Shown in pieces: positions 1 to 12,597 of a stretch of DNA of 64,000 nt. Origin of the DNA: Macrostomum hystrix (lineage: Eukaryota > Animalia > Platyhelminthes); the NCBI GenBank assembly GCA_950097015.1, contig CATNEN010000024.1:2232001-2296000 (forward strand), written 5' to 3'. Made by a program: the position numbers and the translations under genes. Every line of letters begins with the position of its first letter. The stretch's first letter is position 1. The notes below the pieces were generated by a model, which did not search any database, was not told where the DNA came from, and saw only the letters and a program-made list of their open reading frames with translations.

Positions 1-1470
1 GCGCCGCCAGAAGAACTCTCGCGAAATTTAGGTTTGACAAGCTGCGCCGATTCGCTGATAACACCGTTATGACCATTACACCATTGAATTCTTATCCAGT
101 GCTGCCGATGAGGATGAATGGCATACTTCTGCTTGATTGCCGCCTTCCAGCCGGAGATCGCGCTCTCATTCCTTCTCTCATACTTCTGCTGCCGAATTTG
201 CTTGCAGTTTGCCGAATTTGAATGCAGTTGGATCAGTATGATGGGCTTGTGCCATAGATATTTTTGTATCTGGTTGAGCTGGTGCCGAATTTAAATGCAG
301 TTTGCCGAATTTGCTTGCAGTACAAAAGTATAGCCATAGAGGTTGTCCGAATTTGAATGCAGTTTTGTTGAACTTGATTGCAGAAATGACGAATTTGAGT
401 GCAAAAAGGTGTAATATTGATATAACGGGTGTCCCAAAAAAGGGTAACACTTTGTGCGCTCACTGTGAGTGAGCAGTTAGGCCTATAGCCCAGTAATTTA
501 ACAGGTCTACAGTAAACATGTAAGTTTTTCCCACAAAAATTTGGTTACGAAAAATTGCTCTAGAGGCGAGTTATTGAGCACAGAAGTGTACGCTAGCTTT
601 TCTGCCAAGCTTTGCCTACACAGCTGCCATAGACAATATTTTGCTTAAAAATCTTAAGGAGCATAGACTCTGAGACGGTGTGTGGTGGAGCTTGTGTGGT
701 GCGCGATGGCACACATACGAATCAAAGATCTTCCTCCAACCAAAATTATATGAATTTTACGATGCTAATCTAATATTTCTGTGCCTCCTGCTGCTGCAGA
801 GCAACTTAGAGACTCATACTGGAGCTGCAATGCCGGCAAATCCATTAAAAACAGGAGAGCAAGCTTGAGCAGTGAAGTGGATTAAGTCTTTGAGTTTTAA
901 GACCAGTTGGAAATTGCTGGGATTTGTGCGAGCTACCGACTATCAAAATGAGGATTAAGACAGTTAAGAATAATCCCCAGTCTCGAACCTAATTAGCAGA
1001 GAACAGTTCGAAAGGTGAGTTTTACGAATGGCAAAAAACTGATTTTCTAATTGTCAGAAAAATGCGTGCTACTTCTAACCTGTCACGTTTTCTAGAAATA
1101 AGCGGTGCCAAAGGTATTCTTGGCGTGAGTCAAGGCAGATGAGCATCACGCTTTGGGCGGTATGGCTCTAGCTGAGTATTTTCCAGGATAAATCATGACT
1201 GCTGGTCGTGACGTCAGCTCAGAGGAGTTCAGGTGTGGGTTGCTATGGGGAGTGAAATAGCGTAAACAATTTTTTTAACCATACATAGTGTTTTAACAGA
1301 CTCAAAGAATGCTTTTAATCGTACGGATTTTCGCAGAGCTGCAGACGAATTTAAATTTAGAATAGTGCTGATTTGTTGGACAAAACACCTAGTGCAGTTT
1401 TGGTCAAGACATTTTAATTCTGTTTTATAGATTGCTCATATATTTGTAGATGCAGCAGTTGAACGGATTT

Positions 1471-1975
1471 GGAATTGCTAATCTATTCCATGGGTCAACG
1501 AATAGAATGGATTGCTAATCTATCCCATGGGTCAACGAATAGAATGGATTGCTAATCTATCCCATGGGTCAACGAATAGAATGGATTGCTAATCTATCCC
1601 ATGGGTCAAGGAATGGAATGGATTGCTAATCTATCCCATGGGTCAAGGAATAGAATGGATTGCTAATCTATCTCATGGGTCAAAGAATAGAATGGATTGC
1701 TGATCTATCCCATGGGTCAAAGAATAGAATGGATTGCTAATCTATCCCATGGGTCAAGGAATGGAATGGATTGCTAATCTATCCCATGGGTCAAGGAATA
1801 GAATGGATTGCTAATCTATCCCATGGGTCAAGGAATGGAATGGATTGCTAATCTATCCCATGGGTCAAGGAATGGAATGGATTGCTAATCTATCTCATGG
1901 GTCAAGGAATAGAATGGATTGCTAATCTATCTCATAGGTCAAGGAATAGAATGGATTGCTAATCTATCCCATGGA
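1471..1975. repeat. 37-bp minisatellite (GATTGCTAATCTATCCCATGGGTCAAGGAATAGAATG), ~13 copies
   Basis: Period 37 read directly (AATAGAATGG at 1501 and 1538). A degenerate relative lies at 58998-59220. Confidence 0.95.
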
Positions 1976-2363
1976 TGAAGTATGAAAGCATTTCCTAACT
2001 CACTGGGCAAAGGTGCGGCTTCTCAAGTGTGGGCCTGACACGAGCAGCAGCCTTTGCAGCCTATGCTAATTCTGTAGCTGACTCCGGTATTGAATTGAAT
2101 TGAATGATTGAATTTCGAGTTAGTCGATAATCCACGCCATCGAGACTCGGCTGCAACTTGTTTGGCAGCTTTCAGGCCAGCGCCTCCACAGACGGCTGGC
2201 CGCGATCGAAGCCGAGTCTCAGCTCTGATTGGCCGGGCAGTTGGACACAGGGAGAATGCCAGGACTCAAATATTAGCCGAGAAGCCCAGGAGGAACAGAA
2301 GAAGCCTAGTCAGGGACCAGCTGGGAGACAGATCCTTGGATACCGAATCCTCAGTGCATAGGC

Positions 2364-5300
2364 ATGCTTGAGCACACCAATGCTTTGTCTGCGGTGCTTC
2401 GCAATGCAACAGCGGACGATGCTGCCACCGCTGCGCCTGCGGAGTCCGGCTCAAGCCCGGCAACCTCCGCCTACTATGCCTTGTCCATCCGCGTCTTCGT
2501 CTCACTGGTCGCGTCTTCGGCCCTGTTCATCGGCCTGACTGGCAACGCCTTGGTGGTGGCGGTGGTTCTCAGGGTCCGCAGCCGGATGCTCACACCCACC
2601 AACTGTTACCTGGTGTCCCTGGCTGCCTCCGACCTCCTCGTACTGTTGCTTGGCTGCGTCAGCATCTTGGTCGAATTGAATGTCGTCAGGGATCGCTGGC
2701 ACCTGTTCGGCCAGGCTGGCTGCAAAATGAATGTCTACCTGACCTACGTGGCCGTCAACACAAGCGCCTTCGCCATCACGGCCTTCTCCGTCGAGCGCTA
2801 CGTGGCCATCTGCCGGCCAATCCGGGCGCAGGCTCTGTGCACCGTCAGCCGGGCCAAGCGGATCATCTGCGCCATCTGGCTGAGCTGCCTGGCCTACAAC
2901 TCGCCCTGGCTCTACCTGGCGACCCTTATGCCGGTGCGCCGGAACAATGACACCGTGCCCGCCTGCGGCCATCGGCTCAGCCGGACTGACCCCGGCTACG
3001 CCGCACTGTACGTTGGCGACCTGCTGCTGTCCTACCTGGCGCCGCTCATCCTGCTTAGCGTGTTGTACACCGCCGTAGCCAGGGTGCTGTTCCGGTCATC
3101 CGCTCCTGCCGCCGACTCCGGCCAACCGATTCGACCGCTGCGCACCTTCAACACGGCCAGGTCGCTGCGAAGTCGCATCCAGGTAAGCGAAGATGCGAGG
3201 ATAGCACCCCATGATTGTCAGCTCAGTTGAGTAAATTCAGTTGCACAGGAAGCAGTTGAAAATGATGAGATGGAAAATTTGCGACTCAGAATATTTAGCT
3301 ACTTAGTTTGCAAGCTCGCTGTAGTCTGGGCGCACTCATGAATGCAAGCCCGACATTGGGCTCCAGGCACTCAATGAGCCCTCGTGCTTGACTTCAAATG
3401 CGGCACGTACTTCATTGGCGACACTCAGTGCTATGAAAAAGGAATGCCTCGATTAGATCACATCATGCTATCACCTTCTTTCTGCCCAAATCATTCCCTT
3501 ACAATCTTTCACCCCTGATCTCCTTTCACCTCCTTTTAAAATACATAATTATGCAACATTTCTGAAAAATTCATTTACCGAACTCTTATCCTTCATGTTT
3601 TATTCCTTCGTTCGACTCCCTTACCCCTCACTGCCTTACCCCTCACTGCCTTACCCCTCACTGCCTTACCCCTCACTGCCTTACCCCTCACTGCCTTACC
3701 CCTCACTGCCTTACCCCTCACTGCCTTACCCCTCACTGCCTTACCCCTCACTGCCTTACCCCTCACTGCCTTACCCCTCACTGCCTTACCCCTCACTGCC
3801 TTACCCCTCACTGCCTTACCCCTCACTGCCTTACCCCTCACTGCCTTACCCCTCACTGCCTTACCCCTCACTGCCTTACCCCTCACTGCCTTACCCCTCA
3901 CTGCCTTACCCCTCACTGCCTTACCCCTCACTGCCTTACCCCTCACTGCCTTACCCCTCACTGCCTTACCCCTCACTGCCTTACCCCTCACTGCCTTACC
4001 CCTCACTGCCTTATCCCTCACTGCCTTACCCCTCACTGCCTTACCCCTCACTGCCTTACCCCTCACTGCCTTACCACTCACAGTCGTCGTTCGTCGTTTA
4101 ACATATTATCATTTTAACTCAAGCTTTAAGTTAGTTGCAGAAAGTGTGATTTTATCCGCATTGTCTTATAAACTTTACACATTCAATCCACTCGAGGAAG
4201 TTCATCCTTGCTCTAGGCAGGTCACTCCGTGTGTTAAATAAAGCATCCATTAATGCGTAGAGTCCTGTCCTAACACCTGGTTTCTACCTTGCTTCTTCCC
4301 GACATTATTTAGCAGTTCGGCCAAGTCAGCTGATGAATGGTAGCCTACGCACAAGTCTAGATATAATTCTGACTAACACAATTCTGACTCCTGACTAACA
4401 GGTGACACTCCTGTCTAACAGGTGACACTCCTGTCTAACAGGTGACACTCCTGTCTAACAGGTGACACTCCTGTCTAACAGGTGACACTCCTGTCTAACA
4501 GGTGACACTCCTGTCTAACAGGTGACACTCCTGTCTAACAGGTGACACTCCTGTCTAACAGGTGACACTCCTGTCTAACAGGTGACTCGTAGAATACTCG
4601 TAGAATTTCTACCCCAGCAGATGCTAGTTCCTAATTTACAGCTTACTAAACTTAAGCGATTCGGGTAATTAATTATCTCTGTCAAGGATACAAATTGAAT
4701 CGAACTCCGGACCTCACTAACCAAAGCTCTAAGTCCAATGTTCTACAAGCCCCCAGTCCTGCAAAGAAGGAGATAAGACAGGAAAGTTATTCGTTGCTCG
4801 TCAGCTGTTCACTTGGAGTACAAATATAATAAATATTCAGTTAATATGCAAGCAGATACGACAAGAACGCAGACAGCAACAACCAATTTGACTGGCAATT
4901 CAAGCTTTGCTATGCGCGGTTCCAACATAGTCCATTTTTGCTTTCGGCAGGTGTTGCTACGCCAGCTTTTCTCACTGACGACCCACAGCAATAAATATTG
5001 CAAATGGAGGATTTACAGTCAGATCAAATAAGCTCACAGCCAGTCCTGTGTGATTGAAGTCAACACAAAAGTCTTTGCACACTTGCCTATTTTTCAACTT
5101 TTGGCTTTTTATGCGCAGCACAAAATGTTTAAGGGCTGCTTTGTTTGCTTTCGATTTAAAGTGAGCCCTTTCTGAATTGCGAGAAACAGTTAATAATAAC
5201 AATCTCACTGCTATAGGCTTGTCTAGACAACAGTCATAAACAGACATCATATCTGAAAAACGGAACATCTAACAGGTGACACTCAATATCTAACAGGTGA

Positions 5301-6437
5301 CACTCAATCTCTAACAGGTGACACCTAACATCTAACAGGTGACACTCAATCTCTAACACGTGACACTCAATATCCAGCCAATCACCCAGCCAATCCTCAA
5401 CCAGCTAATCCTCACCCAGCCAATCCTCACCCAGCCAATCCTCACCCAGCCAATCCTCACCCAGCCAATCCTCAATTAGCCAATCCTCAACCAGCCAATC
5501 CTCACCCAGCCAATCCTCACCCAGCCAATCCTCACCCAGCCAATCCTCACCCAGCCAATCCTCACCCAGCCAATCCTCACCTAGCCAATCATCGCTGACC
5601 CGCAGGTGGTGAAGATGCTTCTTGTGGTGGTCGTGATGTTCGCCATCCTGTGGCTGCCGTATCGCCTGATGGTGGCTTTCAACAGCTTCGTGAGTTCAGA
5701 GTTTCGCATCAGCTCAGAGTGGTACCGCGTGATCAGCCGCCTTCTGGTGCTGATCAATTCGGCCATTAATCCGGTGATCTACAATGCGATGTCCGTGAAA
5801 TTTCGGCGAGAATTTCGCTGCCTCCTACTCTGGACCTGTGAGTCGCTACCCGTAAAGAGTTGATGCCGAACTCCTGATTCCTCAGTGGATGATGCTGCAT
5901 TCCTGATCCCTCACGTCCATCGCCCATAAACCTCCAAACAGGAGGTTTCCAAACAGGAGGTTTCCAAACAGGAGGTTTCCAAACCGGAGATTTCCTAGAT
6001 TTGATTAAGACATCAGCCAATGCGTTCTGTGTAAGCAAACCGTCAGCGAAGCAGAAGGGCTAATGAACTGCAAATGTTTCTAAAAATACTTTTTAGATAT
6101 TACGTCATCGCCCATAAGCGAAGCGTTGCTAAAAATAAATACAGAGACGCGAATTCTTGTAAAAATGTACATAAATAAACGCTTCTAAAAATAGAAACAT
6201 CACAGAATTCCCTAACTTTTATTGTCACTTTAACTTGTTTCAGTCCGTCGTCCAGGCGGCGCGGGCGGTGGGCTCGGCGCTGGAGCCGCTGGTGGCATCG
6301 GCCACGCAGCCACGCTAAAATACGCGGCCAGCGTCACAACTGGCCGGTCGGGCAGGTCGCCGCAGCAGCTGATGTCACGCCGAATGGGAATCGCGGCTGC
6401 CAACGGTCACAACGCCCGCGACGAGCTGCTAGAGTAA
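2364..6437 (+). CDS. TRHR: Thyrotropin-releasing hormone receptor-like class A GPCR; exons 2364-3182, 5606-5837, 6244-6437
   Basis: TRHR-type motifs PTNCYLVSLA, ERYVAICRPIRAQALCTVSRAKRII, RSRIQ|VVKML and NPVIY. Splice sites CAG|gtaagc 3183, cgcag|GTG 5606, |gtgagt 5838 and tttcag| 6244 keep the frame to TAA at 6435-6437. Confidence 0.88.
3613..4079. repeat. 15-bp minisatellite (CCTTACCCCTCACTG), ~31 copies, GPCR intron 1
   Basis: Near-perfect tandem array; it produces the spurious GKAVR and LPYPS ORFs. Confidence 0.97.
4388..4587. repeat. 20-bp minisatellite (CTAACAGGTGACACTCCTGT), ~10 copies
   Basis: Period 20; a related 21-bp array lies at 5266-5372. Confidence 0.92.
5266..5590. repeat. 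Adjacent 21-bp (CTAACAGGTGACACTCAATAT) and 15-bp (CCAGCCAATCCTCAC) arrays ending at the GPCR exon 2 acceptor
   Basis: Direct reading; the last 15-mer grades into ctgacccgcag|. Confidence 0.9.
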
Positions 6438-6540
6438 CAGGAATACAAGTCGAGGTGAATGAACGTTCTCACAGTTTCTTCACTGTATTAGTCACGGAAT
6501 TTGCAATAATAAAGATACCATCGACTGTTTGTAGAAGCTT

Positions 6541-6600
6541 GTAGCCCAGTGCTTAGAGCTTCGGACTTGTGAACGAGAGGTCGTGGGTTCGAATCTTAAG
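6541..6600 (+). mobile_element. tRNA-derived SINE head (family B), truncated
   Basis: A-box-like TAGCCCAGTGC and B-box GGGTTCGAATC; no CCA-side acceptor stem; similar to 10816-10855. Confidence 0.55.
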
Positions 6601-6959
6601 CTAATTTAAACGGCTAATGAATTAACCATCAACGCTGATTTCGTGTTTGATCTCGAGCCAATCATTCGATGTGTACGAGCTACTTCTTGCGTGTTTAAAA
6701 ATATTGTCGAAAAACTGAGTTATATTACTTTCGAGAAGGTTTTTAATGGAGTCCGGTGGTAACTTGTCCTTTCGTAAGCCGCAATGTAAATTAGAAAGTA
6801 AGTTTAACATGCTAGAGCCACCAAGAGATTGTATTGATTGTGCGCAAATATCTGTACTAGTAATCAAAGCTTTCAGTTTGGCACAGTGAATGTTTTGCTA
6901 AAAATATTTTTTTTCTTGTGTTTACCAGTTTAATCATTTTGGGTGTGCAAATCTCTTCA

Positions 6960-7930
6960 CTGGATGAAGCTCACTGGATGATGCTGCAGTCCTGATACCT
7001 CGGTGGATGATGCTGAAGTCCTGATACCTCACTGGATGATGCTGCAGTCCTGATACCTCACTGGATGATGCTGAAGTCCTGATACCTCGGTGGATGATGC
7101 TACAGTCCTGATCCCTCACTGGATGATGCTGAAGTCCTGATACCTCACTGGATGATGCTGCAGTCCTGATCCCTCACTGGATGATGCTGAAGTCCTGATA
7201 CCTCACAGGATGATGCTGAAGTCCTGATACCTCACTGGATGATGCTGAAGTCCTGATACCTCACAGGATGATGCTGAAGTCCTGATACCTCGGTGGATGA
7301 TGCTGAAGTCCTGATACCTCGGTGGATGATGCTACAGTCCTGATCCCTCACTGGATGATGCTGCAGTCCTGATCCCTCACTGGATGATGCTGAAGTCCTG
7401 ATACCTCGGTGGATGATGCTGAAGTCCTGATCCCTCGGTGGATGATGCTGAAGTCCTGTTACCTCACAGGATGATGCTGAAGTCCTGATACCTCGGTGGA
7501 TGATGCTGCAGTCCTGATACCTCACTGGATGATGCTGAAGTCCTGATACCTCACTGGATGATGCTGAAGTCCTGATATCTCGGTGGATGATGCTGAAGTC
7601 CTGATACCTCGGTGGATGATGCTGCAGTCCTGATACCTCGGTGGATGATGCTGCAGTCCTGATCCCTCACTGGATGATGCTGAAGTCCTGATACCTCACT
7701 GGATGATGCTGAAGTCCTGATACCTCGGTGGATGATGCTGAAGTCCTGATACCTCGGTGGATGATGCTGCAGTCCTGATACCTCGGTGGATGATGCTGCA
7801 GTCCTGATCCCTCACTGGATGATGCTGAAGTCCTGATACCTCGGTGGATGATGCTGCAGTCCTGATCCCTCACTGGATGATGCTGCAGTCCTGATACCTC
7901 GGTGGATGATGCTAGAGTCCTGATACCTCA
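6960..7930. repeat. 29-bp minisatellite (CTCGGTGGATGATGCTGAAGTCCTGATAC), ~33 copies
   Basis: Period 29 (7021 and 7050); degenerate units also at ~5865-5915. Confidence 0.95.
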
Positions 7931-8747
7931 TTCAGATGGATGTTGTACGATATAGTACTCTAATGCAAATACTTTTCGTTCATAGTTTTCAAAACCGCCA
8001 TTGTTAGTCGAATGTTATTGTGATGTAAAAAGCTTTACACATTCCGTCTCATGAAGGAATGCTTTTTGTCTTGCTCTACTACAGCTAGTGCAATTTTCCT
8101 ATCATGAGTGTCTAAATCTTTGCTTTATATTTTCGTAGATTTAAATAAAGCTAACTAGTATTATTTAGTCGCTTTTGGATGTTGTAAAAATCAGTCTGAT
8201 AAATAAATTTCGAATAGGACCGGCAGAAACGGATAAACGGATTCTTATGAACTTATTTATTAACTGCACATTGAATATGTGCATGGGCGGAAACGCCTCC
8301 CGCTGCATCCTAAGGATGCCCCCTGCAGCTAAGTCAAGTAAGTCAAGCACATTGAATATAATGATCGAAATAAAATTGTAAAACAGATCATTGATTTGGG
8401 AAAAAATATTTTCTATTTTCACTTGGGTCACATTGACCCACATGCTTTGTATGGGTAGAGTCGTGTGTTTCATCCTAGATATTTGATAGTACTTTTACCA
8501 TAGACAATGTAGTACATTTTACAAGGCAATACGCTTTACGTGTGCATTAGAGAATGCAAAGTATTTGTACTTGAAGTACGGTACAGAATGGGTTGTAGAT
8601 TTACCATAGACAATAGCTAGTACCGCTGGTTTCCACCCAAATATAAGTTAAAATAAAAGTATATAAGTGCGTGTTAAAGCTCCATGAGAATACATAGTAG
8701 GAAATTTTAGTATTCTTATCGAGAAGTGGATATGTGCAACTGCAAAT

Positions 8748-9395
8748 CAAGGACCACTTGAAGAAGAAGGACGGGAAATTTCATTTCTTGGAAAATTTAT
8801 TAAAGGCTGATTTTCACGGAAAAATGCACTAGCGAGATAAGAGCTTTTCACTTTTTTCACATTGAAATGTTGATAAATTTCTATTGGAAGCAGATCCAAG
8901 GCTGTTCTTTTAATATATCTTGCAAAACATGTTGCTTCAACGAATTTTAGATAGCTTTATTTATGAATAATTGATATTGATATTATTTTCATTTATTTAT
9001 AATAAAGCATAACAGCTAGTCAAAAGCTATCTCGTGACTAACTCAATTTTACAGTCACTTTGAAATTAAGTACAGGTGTGTTAATAGAAAAACGATAGAT
9101 TTAAAAAAACTTGTAGACCAAGCTACAGGCTAATTTTATGTCTGATTGGTTGTTATTGTGCTCAATGATAAATAAACTAAAATAAAATGAAGATCAATTA
9201 TTCATAAATTGTTTTGCACGATATATTAAAAGAACAGCATTGAATCTGCTTCCAATAAAAATTTATATTCGTTTAAAAAACGTGAAAAGTTCCTATCTCG
9301 CCAGTGCATTTTTCCGTGGAAATTTTATTTCCAAGAAACAAAATAAATTTTCCAAGAAACAAAAGTCCCGTCCTTCCATCTTCTAGTGGTCCTTG
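8748..9395. mobile_element. Foldback MITE with ~250-bp imperfect TIRs and 8-bp TSD (P- or hAT-like)
   Basis: CAAGGACCACTTGAAGAAG at 8748 mirrors CTTCTAGTGGTCCTTG ending at 9395. Flanks are CTGCAAAT and TTGCAAAT. End fragments recur at 23231 and ~46180-46230. Confidence 0.8.
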
Positions 9396-10039
9396 TTGCA
9401 AATACATACAATATATTCAATGATTCTCAGCCAATAGCTACGTCACAAAGAAGCGGCAACAAAAATTTAGCACCTCCCAAATTAAAGGCCTCTAAATACT
9501 AGCTAGAAATTTGCAAAAAAAACTGACATTTTTTCACGCGAAATAGAATATTTGGTGATTAAAAGCCACCCCAGCAACGTCAAAAGCAAATTTTTTACAC
9601 TGTGAGAACCTGGATAAGAAAGCGGCTTGGATTAACGAAGGGATTAACGAGGTGGACTGGGGAAATGGGCCGATTGAGACTCCTTTAGAGAGAAGCAACC
9701 TACTGACCAGTGACTTGTTAGATTCGCTTTGTCAATGATTCATCATTCCCCAATGGAAAATAGAGCACTTGATTTGCTAAGCTCTTGTGTTAATAGCCTG
9801 CTCGAAAAACTCCCAAGGGAATTTTACTGAAAATCAGTGACATTGAAATGAAAGAAATAAAGTAAACTGTGCAAGAACTTAGGCCTAGAAATCAGTGCTG
9901 TGCTATAAAAATGCGAACTAGCTCAATAAGCTGTTAACTAGCCGCACAAGATGCTGGCTAGCCTAATAAATTACGATTTATAAATAGCATAGTGAGATAC
10001 TAACTAGCCTAAAAGGATATTAATTGCATGCGCAATAGA

Positions 10040-10490
10040 GCTAACTAGCCTAATAAGATGCTAACTAGCTTAATAAGATGCTAACTAGCCTAATAAGATG
10101 CTAACTAGCCTAATAAGATGCTAACTAGCCTAATAAGATGCTAACTAGCCTAATAAGACGCTAACTAGCCTAATAAGACGCTAACTAGCCTAATAAGATG
10201 CTAACTTGCCTAATAAGATGCTAACTAGCCTAATAAGATGCTAACTAGCTTAATAAGATGCTAACTTGCCTAATAAGATGCTAACTAGCCTAATAAGATG
10301 CTAACTAGCCTAATAAGATGCTAACTAGCCTAATAAGATGCTAACTAGCCTAATAAGATGCTAACTTGCCTAATAAGATGCTAACTAGCCTAATAAGATG
10401 CTAACTAGCCTAATAAGATGCTAACTAGCCTAATAAGATACTAACTTGCCTAATAAGATGCTAACCATCCTAATAAGATGGCTAACTAAC
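10040..10490. repeat. 20-bp minisatellite (CTAACTAGCCTAATAAGATG), ~22 copies
   Basis: Direct reading. Confidence 0.95.
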
Positions 10491-10815
10491 AAACCGAATG
10501 CCAAAGTGTAATGCAGATGTTTTCTATTGGGTGTTTTCTATTAGTCAAATTTATCAATACAGTTTACAGTGTCAGTCCATGACCCACATAAACATGGCGA
10601 CTTTAAATTGTGAAGGCAATCAAATTTTTTGCAGAAAACAGATTTATAATGTAGCATTCAGGTAGCGTGTCTTCAAAAATTGTTTTAATGTATCCGATCG
10701 ATGCTGGCAAACCACACACAAAGGGCACGAAATAAAAGATGAATAGAAAGGATTTATTTAAACAAAATGTTTTGCTGCTTCTATATTATTATTTTTATGG
10801 TAAAATTAACTTCTT

Positions 10816-10930
10816 CGGACTACTGATCGAGTGAGGTCGGGAGTTCGAATCTCAGCCCTTTGTTTGCCTGAGCAAAGCACTGATTTCTTATTGCTTCAAT
10901 TCACCCAGCTATAAAATTGGTACCGAAATT
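10816..10930 (+). mobile_element. SINE family B fragment (tRNA B-box plus core)
   Basis: GAGTTCGAATCTC followed by CCTGAGCAAAGCACT and TTCACCCAGCTATAAAATTGGTAC, shared with 23325-23400 and 39140-39190. Confidence 0.65.
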
Positions 10931-11689
10931 AGCAGAGCTGGAGCAGCTGAAGCAGTATTTGATGGTCTCTATTTGACGAGTTTGACAGTAGGCTGTCACT
11001 TGTACTTAAAGTGATCTATTATTTTCGCATGTGAAGGTTAATACTTCAAGCATTATTGATATGTGAAATGTCCATCTTTCTACTTGTCACTGTTATTTTC
11101 TGCGGCATCCTTTCATCTTGACATGATTGATTGACGGGTGATTATTTTAAATTTGACAGATGATTGAAGGTATTTAAAACCATTTTTTTATATTAGGGAT
11201 TCGTTATACCGTAATTTTTTTTCTGCGTGAAGAACTACTGAGTACTCTTATGAGTAGTGTGTTTAAAGTTTTGTTGCTTTTTTATGCTACATGCTCAAGC
11301 TATCGCGAGCTGATCCGCCTTCTGGGTTCCAGGCAAGCCCGTGTCGATCGAAAAGACTATCGCCACCAGTGTAGAGACAGCGAGACCTATTTGTAGTAGA
11401 CTTTGAAGCATTTTATGGATTGATGCATATCTAATAAATATCCATGCATTGGTAGCAATTTAAACTTAGAGGCAGTTACAGCAGTTCAGAAGGCAGAAAA
11501 TACTGAAAAAGACAATAATAGTATATTGCTTTTGTCGCGCTATGTGGAACAGTGGACATGCAAAACGGAACGGCCCGTGGAATTCTATGGCCAAGCGTCT
11601 GAATTCACACGAGAAAGTAAGCCATAGACAACTGAATTTTTCATGCTATATGGAACGATGAGCCAGAATAGAAGGAAGAGACAACACGC

Positions 11690-12160
11690 TTTCATTTTCT
11701 TGAAAACTTGTGGACCCGGAGATCGCAGGGCAGGTCGGCTCGTGGACACCCAGTGAAGCGCACGGTGACAACCCAGAGGGGCCCTAACGCTACGGTTTGC
11801 ATGGCAATTTCGTCGGAGTTCGGGTTGGTGCATTCTGTCATCCAGAGAGGTGGCCAAACGCAGAAAATTTTTTAAGAATTTTTAGACCACCTAGCAGACC
11901 GCTGCCATCAACTGGACCCTACCGGAGACTGGGTAATTTTTATGGAGATCCGAGAGAACCATCGGGACAGAATTACGACACGAATCCTACCCCCGTATTC
12001 ACCATTTCTAAACCCGACCGAATTTGCTAACTCTGCGTTGAAGTCAAATCTCAAGAACTGTTTGGCGGTAGAAGGCATAGTTGAGGATGAGCAAGTTCCA
12101 CCAGAAGGAGTGACACTTGAGCAGTGGAGATTCATGCTACTTGAACGAGAGGCGACTTAA
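11690..12160 (+). pseudogene. DDE_3 (IS630/Tc1-like) transposase remnant
   Basis: One frame reads NLWTRRSQGRSARG...RGPNATVCMAISSEFGLVH...F*EFLDHL...LPPYSPFLNPTE; in-frame TAA at 11873-11875; the first and second catalytic Asp motifs are missing. Confidence 0.85.
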
Positions 12161-12597
12161 GCTGTTGGTCAAGCAATCACTGCTGACAAGTGCGCTGGCT
12201 GGGATCTGCGCTGCAATCTATTGTTTGGATCACAGATTCTATATCACCAAAATATAGAATATAGAATCTAATATAGAATCTGTGGTCTGGATTGTGTTTG
12301 CAGCGACATCTGTTTTAGGGGCTGAAATTGTGTAATTTTTTATGCATTAATCTCTGGCTTAAAATACGATTTATTTGAATGCAACTCTGAAAAATGTTCT
12401 GTTTCTGCTTTCCTTTATAGAATCTAAAGGTTTTTGCTGCAAAAGGGAACTAAAAAATCGTTCCTTTTATTCTGGATCATCGTTCCACATAGCATGACAA
12501 TTTGAGTTGTCTATGGCTTACTTTCTCGTGTGAATTCAAACGCTTGGCCATAGAATTTGGGCCATTACATTTTGCATGTCCACTGTTCCACATAGAG

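Noticed and set aside
1126-1216. AP-1 (TGAGTCA, 1126) and CRE (TGACGTCA, 1209) sites upstream of the GPCR
   Set aside because: About one such 8-mer is expected by chance in 64 kb; there is no other support.
6541-6600. Possible tRNA gene
   Set aside because: A and B boxes are present but no complete cloverleaf; it matches a SINE head.
6622-6867. 81-aa non-repetitive minus-strand ORF
   Set aside because: TTG start, AT-rich, no recognisable motif and no convincing splice sites.
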